From positions 27,729,151-27,793,150 of the forward strand of contig NC_089281.1 of NCBI RefSeq assembly GCF_963678975.1: a stretch of DNA of 64,000 nucleotides, given 5' to 3'. Of this stretch, positions 35,940 through 44,934 are shown piece by piece (positions within the stretch are counted from its first letter, which is position 1; every line of letters begins with the position of its first letter). The DNA comes from Dysidea avara. Taxonomy: Eukaryota. Under the pieces are notes generated by a model that was not told the DNA's origin, ran no database searches, and was given only the letters and a program-made list of their open reading frames with translations. The position numbers were made by a program, and so were the translations under genes.

Positions 35940-38060
35940 CCCCACAGGATAATTTGCAGCTGACCTCTCTACTGGGTGACTTGAAATGTAGCTGAACTCT
36001 CTACAGGGTGATCTGCTTGTACGTAGATGAACTCTTTACAAGATTCTCTCTACAGGGTGACTTGACTCTAGCTGAACTCTCTGCAGGGTTATCTGTTTGT
36101 AGTTGAATTCTCTACAGGGTGATTTGTTTGCAGCTGAACTCTCTACAAGGTAACTTCTTCTAGCTGATCTGTCTACAGGGTGACTTGTTTCTAGCTGGTC
36201 TCTCTACAGGGCGATTTGTTTGTAGCTGAATTCTCTACAGGGTGATGTGTTTGCAGCTGAACTCTCTACATGGTGGTTGCTTTGTAGCTGAACTCTCTAA
36301 AAGGTGACTTCTTCTAGCTGAACTCTCTACAGCGTGATCTTTTCATAGCTGAACTCTCTACAGGATGATTTGTTTGCAGCTGAACTCTCTACATGATGAT
36401 TTCTTTGTAGCTGAACTCTCTACAAGGTGATTTGTTTGTAGCTGAAATCCCTACAAGGTAACTTCTTCTAGCTGATCTTTCTACAGGGTGATTTGTTTGT
36501 AGCTGAGTTCTCTACAGGGTGTTTGTTTGCAGCTGAATTCTCTACATGGTGGTTTCTTTATAGCTGAACTCTCTACATGGTGACTTCTTCTAGCTGATCT
36601 CTCTACAGGGTGATTTGTTTGTAGCTGAACTCTCTACAGGTGATTTGTTTGCAGCTGAACTCTCTGCATGGTGGTTTCTTTGTAGCTGAACTCTATACAA
36701 GGTGACTTCTTCTAGCTGATCTCTCTACAGGGTGATTTGTTTGTAGCTGAACTCTCTACAGGTGATTTGTTTGCAGCTGAACTCTCTGCATGGTGGTTTC
36801 TTTGTAGCTGAACTCTCTACAAGGTAATTTCTTCTAGCTGAACTCTCTACAGGGTGACTTGTTTCTAGCTGATCTCTCTACAGGGTGATCTGTTCATAGC
36901 TGAACTTTCTACAGGGTGATTTGTTTGCAGCTGAACTCTCTACATGGTAGTTTCTTTGTAGCTGAACTCTCTACAATGTGACTTCTTCTAGCTGAACTCT
37001 CTACAAGGTGACTTGTTTCTAGCTGATCTCTCTACAGGGTGACTTGTTTCTAGCTGAACTCTCTACAGGTGATTTGTTTCTAGCTGAACTCTCTACATGG
37101 TGGTTTCGTTGTAGCTGAACTCTCTACAAGGTAACTTCTTCTAGCTGATCTTTTTACAGGGCATATTTGTTTGTAGCTGAGTTCTCTACAGGGTGATTTG
37201 TTTGCAGCTGAACTCTCTACATGGGAGTTTCATTGTAGCTGAACTCTCTACAATGTGGCTTCTTCTAGCTGAACTCTATACAGGGTGACTTGTTTCTAGC
37301 TGATCTCTCTATACAGGGTGACTTGTTTCTAGCTGAACTCTCTACAGGTGATTTGTTTGCAGCTGAACTCTCTGCATGGTGGTTTCTTTGTAGCTGAACT
37401 CTCTACAAGGTAGCTGATCTTTTTACAGGACATGTTTGTTTGTAGCTTAGTTCTCTACAGGGTGATTTGTTTGCAGCTGAACTCTCTGCATGGTGGTTTC
37501 TTTGTAGCTGAACTCTCTACATTGTGGTTTCTTTATAGCTGAACTCTCTACAAGGTGACTTCTTCTAGCTGATCTCTCTGCAGGGTGATTTGTTTGTAGC
37601 TGAACTCTCTATAGGTGATTTGTTTGTAGCTGAACTTTCTACAAGGTGATACTTCTAGCTGATCTCTCTACAGGATGACTTGTTTCTAACTGAACTCTCA
37701 ACAGGGTGATCTGTTCATAGCTGAACTTTCTACTGGGTGATTTGTTTGCAGCTTAACTCTCTACATGGTGATTTCTTTGTAGCTGAACTCTCTACAAGGT
37801 AACTTCTTCTAGCTGATCTTTTTACAGGGCATGTTTGTTTGTAGCTTAGTTCTCTACAGGGTGATTTGTTTGCAGCTGAACTCTCTACATGATGGTTTCT
37901 TTGTAGCTGAACTCTCTACAAGGTGACTTCTTCTAGCTGATACAGGGTGACTTGTTTCTAGATGATCTCTCTACAGGGTGACTTGCATGTAGCTGAATTG
38001 TCTATCAGATTAACTGTTTGTAGCTGAATTCCGTACAGAATATCCTGCAATGTACTATAA
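35940..38060. repeat. Tandem satellite, about 31-32 bp unit (consensus about GCTGAACTCTCTACAGGGTGATTTGTTTGTA) with higher-order variants, about 2.1 kb
   Basis: About 65 contiguous head-to-tail units, alternating between ..ctacagggtgatttgtttgtagctgaactct.. and ..ctacaaggtgacttcttctagctgatctct.. variants. No spacers. Confidence 0.85.
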
Positions 38061-38099
38061 TTCTGTAATAGAGTAAGTTATAAGCGTAGCTGAATGCTC

Positions 38100-38382
38100 T
38101 ATTAGGGTGACTGTTCTATTAGAGTATCTCGATCTCGCATTTGCTACACGTAGTTGCCTTTCGAATCATAACTCAGTGGTTTGTAATCCGATTCTTCTGT
38201 ACTACTGCAAGGACTTTCTATGATGATTATTCCAGCTACACACTGTTTTCTAGCTCATTGCTCTAAGCGGTTTGCCTGGTAGATGTGAAAACTAATAGTT
38301 TTTTTATTCATAAAAATCGATCGCGTAATTTTGACACAGGTTGGGTTTTGTGTCATATCTCCATGGTCTTTATCTCAATTCC
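38100..38382 (+). repeat. Left half (segment A) of a roughly 520-bp repeat unit, interrupted by the retrotransposon; paralogous to 44935-45200
   Basis: About 93% identical to 44935-45200 (ctattagagtatctcgatctcgcat...ccatggtctttatc). Contains the recurrent terminus motif gtgactgttctattagagtatctcgat. Confidence 0.7.
38373..38382. repeat. Target-site duplication, left copy (TCTCAATTCC)
   Basis: The same 10-11 bp (a)tctcaattcc directly flanks both ends of the 38383-42125 insertion. The uninterrupted paralog has one copy, tc(c/t)c(g/a)attcc. Confidence 0.7.
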
Positions 38383-38492
38383 CTTTTTTTTTTTATTTCC
38401 CCGGGCTGGATGGACTGCCCTTGCCTACCACCCCCAGCACAAAGAAAGCACGTGCTGGACAACTGAATAAAAAGGACCAGATTGCTGAAAGT

Positions 38493-38867
38493 TTAAAAGT
38501 CCCTGTGCTCATCAATGCGGCCCATCTCAGGAGAGGCATCAGAGGAGCGATGCGAGATGGACCTACTTCCACGTATGCACATTGTAGCTGACCGAAGTAG
38601 AGAAAAAGACAATGTGCATCGGATAAAAGCCAGAGTCTGACTGTAACTAGTAGAGCCACGGCGAGATAGATGGTCAGCCAAACGACGGTAGAAAACTATT
38701 GCCTCCCTTCCCATACCTCCAGTGGTCGCAAACACAAGGGGAGTGAAGGAGGCCGGCTCAACCTCTCTGACACGGTCACCATACTCACGTTTCTTCTGTG
38801 CCTCGTGACGTCGATACAAAGAGGGGACACTGGTGTTGCAGTAGCTCGGTGCATTAGGATGAAACAC
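38493..38867 (-). pseudogene. Remnant of the retrotransposon C-terminal restriction-like endonuclease region (…YRRHEAQKKREYGDRVREVEPASFTPLVFATTGGMG…). Same frame as the RT ORF but separated by stops
   Basis: Resembles the R2 RLE tail (…LHREKRNKYG…VRATSCTISWRGVW…). Several stop codons lie between the end of the RT ORF (39093) and this segment. Confidence 0.45.
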
Positions 38868-39092
38868 CCTTACGTCAAAAAGGCACTTTGCCGCTGCCCC
38901 CAGAATCCCCTAGCATGTATGTCTGCCCTAGCCTCATCCTGTAGCAGCGCGATGTCTTGGCTACGTTGTCGCATCAGCTTCTCGTTGCTCCGCTCAGCGA
39001 TTGCGTGCCTTAGGGGCGCGCTCTCACAGTGGTTGTCCCATCAGCCATAGGGCACTTGACCTTGTACTATCAGAGGGTCGGGTGCCTTCCCC

Positions 39093-41213
39093 CTAATTAT
39101 TTAAATTGCTCCCTTTAATCTCAGTCCAATTTTTGTCTAGCACTTCAACATCTAGTGCTAGGGGTGGTGGCAAGGGGTGCTGGTTACCCCGGGAAAAAAA
39201 AAAGAAAAAAAAATCCTGACGGTTGGCAGTCTTAGGTGCAATGATCTCCCCAGTAAGTGGCTGTAAAGGTGGCTCAAGGGCCACACCATGACATGTCTTG
39301 GAAAGCCACTCTGCAGTGATGTTTCGCAAAGCATTGTGGCGAACAAATGTGAGGCCTCCATGTCTGCAAATCATAGCATGATCCACAGAAAATGGGACCC
39401 CACAAACACAGTGACTGGGTATGTTCAGGAGCTTCCAGCCGTATCTAAGATGCAAGGCATCCCAAAATTCTTGCTTCAACAGATGGAATCCCTGCTCTGC
39501 TAAAGGCAATGCTGTCAGCCAGGCAGAAGCACCCGGTTCACTGTTCAGGTCTAAAACTCTTTGGGATTGTGACAAAAGATTAGATTTGATCGTAGAAGCC
39601 CTCCCCCTCAAAGTAGAGCGACGATCCTGATGAACCTGAGCCTTGATAGAACTAACGTCGGGTAGAGGGGCTAGTAGATTCTGAGCAACAATCAAAGATC
39701 TCAGAGAGTGTGTGATTTTGATAGATGCAGTAAACTGAGAATCAGCAATGTCTACAGGATTGACAATACCCAAGCCACCTAGGCGGCAGGGTAGAGAGAG
39801 CACATCACGCTCTAAGGCAGAACAAGCACCATGGCCAGTGAGGGCAGGGATCAGCTTCAAACGGATGGCATCCTCTAGAGGCTGAAACAGGGGCCCGACA
39901 TTGGGGATGGTCCTCATGATGTATACCCACCGGCCTATCATCCCATGAGTGAAAGCACAAAAAGCCGCATGAGGACGATTTGTAGCAATCTCAGCCAAAG
40001 CAAGCACTTCACTGGACCAAGAACAAACCTTCTTGGCCACAAACCCCTCTGCAAATTCTCGAGAGCCCAATGCAGCCCCAAGATGGCGCTGGCCCTGATC
40101 AGTAATCTGCATACCAGTGTCAGCAAAGATAGATTTTGCAATAGTTAACAAATGAGGCTTTACAATCAACACTGTCTTAGATGCATTAGAAAAATACCCG
40201 AAATTAGGTCCCAAAGAGGATAGTATCTGCCACCATTTATGCAAAAGTTTCAGTTTCCCCACCGCAGTGGCATCATCTGCAAACCATACCTGCCCAACAC
40301 TGGAGACTGCCACACGGAGTCTTTTAATTAAGGGAACCACAGTCAGGGCATACATTACCATTGCGAGAGGATCTCCTTGAGTTGTTCCTTCACAAGATGG
40401 GATTTCACCCTCTCCAACTACAAACAATCGGACTGGCTGAGCATAAGTGTTGTTCAGGATAGTAGAAAATGCAGGACAAAGGATGGATATATTATGTAGG
40501 GCAGCTTGGCGATTCACACAATTGAATGCATTAGTAGCATCCACTAAGAGTGCAGCTTCACAATCACTGTCATCAAACATATTCTTCATAGCATGTACAG
40601 CAGCCTCAGAGCCAGCTGATTGTCCTGCACAGGTCTGTAATGGGCCAGTGGCCAGCGCAATATCATCACCTATAACATAAAGGATCGCCTTAGCAACAAT
40701 TCTACGGGGCACGTCACCAATACCTATTGGTCTCACACCTGGGCGTTTATCGAGAGGTATCAGCCTGCAAGCAACAAAAGGCATCAAAATTGCAGGTTCA
40801 ACTGTAGTTACGGATAAGCAGCGGGCAACAGAGGCCAAGGCTTGGCACAGTTCAACAGAAGCCTCATTAAAAGAGGTGCACAGACGCTTCCACCCATAAG
40901 CATCCACACCAGACAAACCGGCAGCACCATGAGTATTAAGTGCTGCACGCTTGATAAGATCGCCTGTGAGAGAGTCAAAGATTATCGGATCAAACTGGGG
41001 AGTGATTGGATCACCAGTAGGATCTAGAAGAATGTCAGGGGTAGCAGACTTTGCTGATGGATGTTTCTCTAATAGAATGTCTCTAGCAGTTCGATGTACA
41101 GGATTTCCCGATGGATCCACACCACAAGGAATCATTGAGTCTAGTGACAACACTCCACCTTTTGAATCCTCCGACAGTAAACGAAGAGCCATACCAACCT
41201 TGCCCTCAGACAT
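39093..41213 (-). CDS. Reverse transcriptase ORF of the R2-like non-LTR element (706 aa): RT motifs 1-7, thumb, CCHC zinc knuckle, start of a PD-(D/E)xK-like segment
   Basis: Motifs RLIPLDKRPGVRPIGIGD, LLVDATNAFNCVNR, TTQGDPLAMVMYAL, VWFADDATAV, GYFSNASKTVLIVKP, HCVCGVPFSVDHAMICRH, FVRHNALRN, LEP, RQD and LALDVEVLD. An internal T9CT10 homopolymer encodes FFFFFFS. Confidence 0.8.
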   Translation of the reverse strand: MSEGKVGMALRLLSEDSKGGVLSLDSMIPCGVDPSGNPVHRTARDILLEKHPSAKSATPDILLDPTGDPITPQFDPIIFDSLTGDLIKRAALNTHGAAGLSGVDAYGWKRLCTSFNEASVELCQALASVARCLSVTTVEPAILMPFVACRLIPLDKRPGVRPIGIGDVPRRIVAKAILYVIGDDIALATGPLQTCAGQSAGSEAAVHAMKNMFDDSDCEAALLVDATNAFNCVNRQAALHNISILCPAFSTILNNTYAQPVRLFVVGEGEIPSCEGTTQGDPLAMVMYALTVVPLIKRLRVAVSSVGQVWFADDATAVGKLKLLHKWWQILSSLGPNFGYFSNASKTVLIVKPHLLTIAKSIFADTGMQITDQGQRHLGAALGSREFAEGFVAKKVCSWSSEVLALAEIATNRPHAAFCAFTHGMIGRWVYIMRTIPNVGPLFQPLEDAIRLKLIPALTGHGACSALERDVLSLPCRLGGLGIVNPVDIADSQFTASIKITHSLRSLIVAQNLLAPLPDVSSIKAQVHQDRRSTLRGRASTIKSNLLSQSQRVLDLNSEPGASAWLTALPLAEQGFHLLKQEFWDALHLRYGWKLLNIPSHCVCGVPFSVDHAMICRHGGLTFVRHNALRNITAEWLSKTCHGVALEPPLQPLTGEIIAPKTANRQDFFFFFFSRGNQHPLPPPLALDVEVLDKNWTEIKGSNLNN

Positions 41214-41465
41214 TAAATGATCAAACAGATGAGAGCAATCATGGAGCTTCCCCCCTAGTGAATTATTCTACCTAAGGTGGTCCTGTATACACTGACCCTC
41301 ACGCAGCAGATCATCAAAAGACCCCTTGCACCATAAATCCAGTCTTCGTATCAAATGAGATGAATGATCCTTAGCCTTGCTGTTTTTGTAAGGTTTTTGT
41401 AGAAGTAAAGGTTGCATATCTTGCAAGTTCTTTCACAAATCGCTTTCCAGCCTTGCCAAAGGGTA

Positions 41466-41741
41466 TCAGAAACACATTTGGCTTCCAGTGGACAACTTTT
41501 TCATACGCCGACAACATGAAGTTGCAGACAAGTTCACCATGAACATCGCCCCACTGAAATCAGTGTAGGGTGCATACACAGGTGCTGGGCCTGATGTAGT
41601 CTCTGAAGCACATTGCTCACCATTAGTCATGTTGTATCCAGAACAATGTGGACAGACAAAATCATCCTGAGATGTTCCTATCCGGACAGCATCTGGATAT
41701 GACAACCCTAAGCAGTCAAAATGATACCACACACACAACAA
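41466..41741 (-). pseudogene. N-terminal Cys/His-rich, PHD-like (C4HC3 second half: CVWYHFDC…FVCPHC) segment of the retrotransposon. In frame with the RT ORF but separated by a TGA. The first half of the finger (LMLCCDKQCEGCCVCG) lies in another frame
   Basis: Spacing C-x4-H-x2-C…C-x2-C. An upstream C-x3-C / C-x2-C cluster is visible only after a 1-nt frameshift, so the copy is decaying. Confidence 0.45.
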
Positions 41742-42125
41742 CCCTCACACTGTTTATCACAACACAGCATCAGGCGTCCATCATCAACTCCCCCACAACA
41801 GCACTATAATCCGTCTGGATCGTCCACAGCTGAATGAGAAGGACAGTCACCCGCTATCGCAGCAGCCTCCTGCACACGAATGCGCGCACTCCGGCGAAGC
41901 GACATAAACTAGAAGAGCTGGTCAAAGTAGAATCGATTTAAAGCCTACCGTGACCTAGAACAACGCAAAGAGAGAAGCCCACCATGTAGGCAACAGAGAT
42001 ACGTACCTCTGATAAACCGTTCACAGTTCCGGCAAGTATTTCCCCGAAAAATGCTGCCAGCAGCGTTTAAGCCAACAGAGGGTTCCCCTCGAGCTGCGAT
42101 CACGTGAGTCAAACAATGAAAAAAA

Positions 42126-42135
42126 TCTCAATTCC
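42126..42135. repeat. Target-site duplication, right copy (TCTCAATTCC)
   Basis: See the left copy. It is followed by segment B of the interrupted repeat unit. Confidence 0.7.
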
Positions 42136-42380
42136 TTTCAAACCACAAAAAGGTACTCCTACGATGGTTACTCCATCTACATATAAACTGTCAACTCATT
42201 CCTCCAAGGGGTTTACCCTGTAGGCGTGACAGACCTTCAACCTTATTTTACGCACATAATCGGTCATAACTCCGTGTATGTTCATCGGATTCCTACCAAA
42301 GTTGGTACTGAGATCCGCCTTAATGAGCCCTTCAAGTGTGCCAAATTTCAGCCCTATCTGAGTACGCATTCGTGTTTTAT
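42136..42380 (+). repeat. Right half (segment B) of the interrupted repeat unit; paralogous to 45200-45455. Contains ORF 42196-42438 (minus)
   Basis: About 92% identity with 45200-45455 (tttcaaaccacaaaaagg…gcattcgtgtttta). The repeat is then truncated by MITE-like sequence at 42380. Confidence 0.7.
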
Positions 42381-42640
42381 GTAAATATTTTAATAATGAC
42401 AATTCAGGTGAATTTGGTGCTGCTTGGTCTTGGCACAAAATTCACCTGAATTGTCATTATTAAAATTTTTACCATTAACCTACCATCAAAGCCATTTCTT
42501 GGCTGCCACCTTGGATTTCACATCTTTTTTCACCATAGCCTGTCTGAGGGCTGCATTTTTTTTACAGCTTGGCTGTTTTGGATTAGATTTCACTTCTTTT
42601 TGTATTTGTATTTAGGGCTTTTTTTAACCTATCATTTTTT
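42380..42640. mobile_element. MITE family A partial copy
   Basis: aattcaggtgaatttggtgctgcttggtcttggcacaaaattcacctgaattg hairpin plus ccatttcttggctgccaccttggatttcacatcttttttcaccatagcc…tttttttacagcttggctgttttgg terminus. ORF 42424-42615 is an artefact. Confidence 0.5.
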
Positions 42641-42649
42641 CTTTACCAC

Positions 42650-43470
42650 AGGAAGAAGAAAAGATGAATTTTCTTTGTAGCTGACCTCTCTACAAGGTTA
42701 TCCTTCTAGCTGATCTCTCTACCAGATGACTTGCTTCTAGCTAATCTCTCTACAGGGTGACTTGTTTGTAGCTGAACTCTCTACAGGGTGGCTGAATTTT
42801 CTATAGGGCGATTTGTTTGCAGCTGAACTCTCTACATGGTAGTTTCTTTGTAGCTGAACTATCTACAATGTAACTTCTTCTAGCTGAACTCTCTACAGGG
42901 TGACTTGTTTCTAGCTGATCTCTCTACAGGGTGACTTGTTTCTAGCTGAACTCTCTACAGGGTGATTTGTTTTTAGCTGAACTCTCTACAAGGTAACTTC
43001 TTCTAGCTGATCTTTCTACAGGGTGATTTGTTTGTAGCTGAATTCTCTACAGGGTGACTTGTTTCTAGCTGATCTCTGTACAGGGTGACTTGTTCCTAGC
43101 TGAACTCTCTACAGGTTATTTGTTTGCAGCTGAACTCTCTTACATGGTGGTTTCTTTGTAGCTGAACTCTCTACAAGGTGACTTCTTCTAGCTGATCTCT
43201 CTACAAGATGACTTGTTTCTAACTGAACTCTCTACAGTGTGAGCTGTTCATAGCGGAACTTTCTACTGGGTGATTTGTTTGCAGCTGAACTCTTTGCATG
43301 ATTGTTTCTTTGTAACTGAACTCTCTACAAGGTAACTTCTTCTAGCTGATCTCTCTACAGGGCAATTTGTTTGAGCTGAACTCTCTACATGATGGTTTCT
43401 TTGTAGCTGAACTCCCTATGGCTGATCTGACTACAGGGTGACTTGTTTGTAGCTGAATTCCCTACAGAAT
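42650..43470. repeat. Second block of the 31-bp tandem satellite (about 0.8 kb)
   Basis: Same unit as 35940-38060. Ends in …cagctgattgctttattagggtgactgttctattagag, the recurrent terminus motif. Confidence 0.85.
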
Positions 43471-44514
43471 AACTTGCAATGTAATATAATTGAGTAAATT
43501 ATAAATGCAGCTGATTGCTTTATTAGGGTGACTGTTCTATTAGAGTAGAGATTTCCAACTAAATTAAATAATTAACATTCCATGCATTCATTGGTATGTC
43601 AAATATTGTGTTATTTTTCAGGGTCATTTTAGTACAAACCCCACCTCAATTGGTGGTTCCTATCAAAAGATATAAGCAAAAGAAGTTGACAGTGTGATGA
43701 TTTTTGTGTACAGTATTTTCAATGCTTTTTACATACATCACATGGCACCAAACACAATATTCAAAGTTTCATAAATCTAGATAGGAAACTAATAATGACA
43801 TGAAATTTTCACCACATAACTATTTTATGGAGAACAGCATATGAGCTAGGTAAAACCTCTCAAGAGTGACCACTTCTTTGTAGACTGACCACTCAGAATA
43901 ATACATGAATAAAGCAAGTGATTCACAAATAAAACTGTAATGTGTAACACTAAGTATACACAGGTACCCAATGCATTTTCAAGGATAACTAACTAGAAAA
44001 ATCAGTAACATTATATAACATGGTAAGTAATGGCATCAGAAATCACAATTAACAAATACTTCAGAAACATGACAATCAGGTAACAAAATGTAAGAGAAAT
44101 ATTATTATTAAAATAGATTTGTTTGGACACTGTTCAGCTTTATTTGTCACATTGTAAGTACTAAGGATAATAATTATTATATAACACAATGACATCACTA
44201 TATACTACAAAGAGAAATTATAAATAGTTTCTGACCAAAATTACAATCACTGAAGCTGCCATAAAATGGATCAAAACAGCAGTAAATACACCAGAATATA
44301 ACATCAGGTAAGTGTGGAGCCATGTAAGGCTGGTATCACATGCTAGTATCCACTTTTGAAAAGATTATGCTCAACCTTGAACCTTCTATTGCAATTCCGC
44401 GCAAGACAACAAACTGCTCACCTTCAAACTATACTTGCATCGATGCAGAGGGATGCCTTGAAGTCCAGGGTGATTGTAATGCTGAATTCTGAACAGTGTT
44501 AGATGGCGATTTAC

Positions 44515-44690
44515 CTTTAAAAAGGCCATATTTTCGTCGTAATCCAACGTCAATCGTCCTCCAATCAAAAAACACACGGCATAATCGAAATCAGCATATA
44601 CGGTTTGCCCAGGAACACTTTCTTCGTCCTCATCTGCCACAGATTCACGCGGAAACACTCGGAAACTTTGGCTATCACCGGTGCCGTATT
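44515..44690 (-). CDS. ITPR: IP3R-like exon (YGTGDSQSFRVFPRESVADEDEESVPGQTVYADFDYAVCFLIGGRLTLDYDENMAFLK)
   Basis: Matches IP3R [54 protein letters not shown]. Donor AAG|gtaaat. CpG-containing, unlike the surrounding repeats. Confidence 0.55.
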
Positions 44691-44934
44691 CTTCCAATTA
44701 GAATTACGTACGCAATTATTTGTATGGGATTCCTATGGGGATATTTATTTCTCAAACTTTGATTTGACATATTTCAATAAATACCGCATGGATTTTAATC
44801 CAGTAAAGTGCATTACGAAGTACGAAGTACGAAGCACTGACTACCATTAACTGGAATGGCAGCTTGTAAAACATTTATTGAAGGTGTGTAATTTAAGTAG
44901 CAAAAATATGTGTGAAAAATTGGTTGGTTGGAAA

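Larger units (their letters stand above)
38383..42125 (-). mobile_element. R2-like (restriction-like-endonuclease type) site-inserting non-LTR retrotransposon, about 3.74 kb. Poly(A)11 3' tail at the left end, A7 at the 5' end, flanked by a 10-11 bp TSD. Partly decayed
   Basis: RT ORF with R2-like motif 1 (VRPIGIGDVPRRIVAKAIL), FADD, and C-terminal CX1CX7HX3C followed by RHN. A downstream RLE-like remnant. No APE domain. Poly-T run at 38384-38394 on the plus strand. An empty-site paralog sits at 44935-45455. Confidence 0.7.

Noticed and set aside
35940-38060. The 31-bp tandem array as a CRISPR array
   Set aside because: Repeat units are directly adjacent with no unique spacers. The units are degenerate and show higher-order variants. 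This is a satellite or minisatellite.
38670-39050. Plus-strand 126-aa ORF and other small ORFs (39158-39361, 39938-40141, 40951-41220) inside the retrotransposon
   Set aside because: They are antisense or out of frame relative to the RT ORF, with no domain similarity. They are by-products of the GC-richer element sequence.
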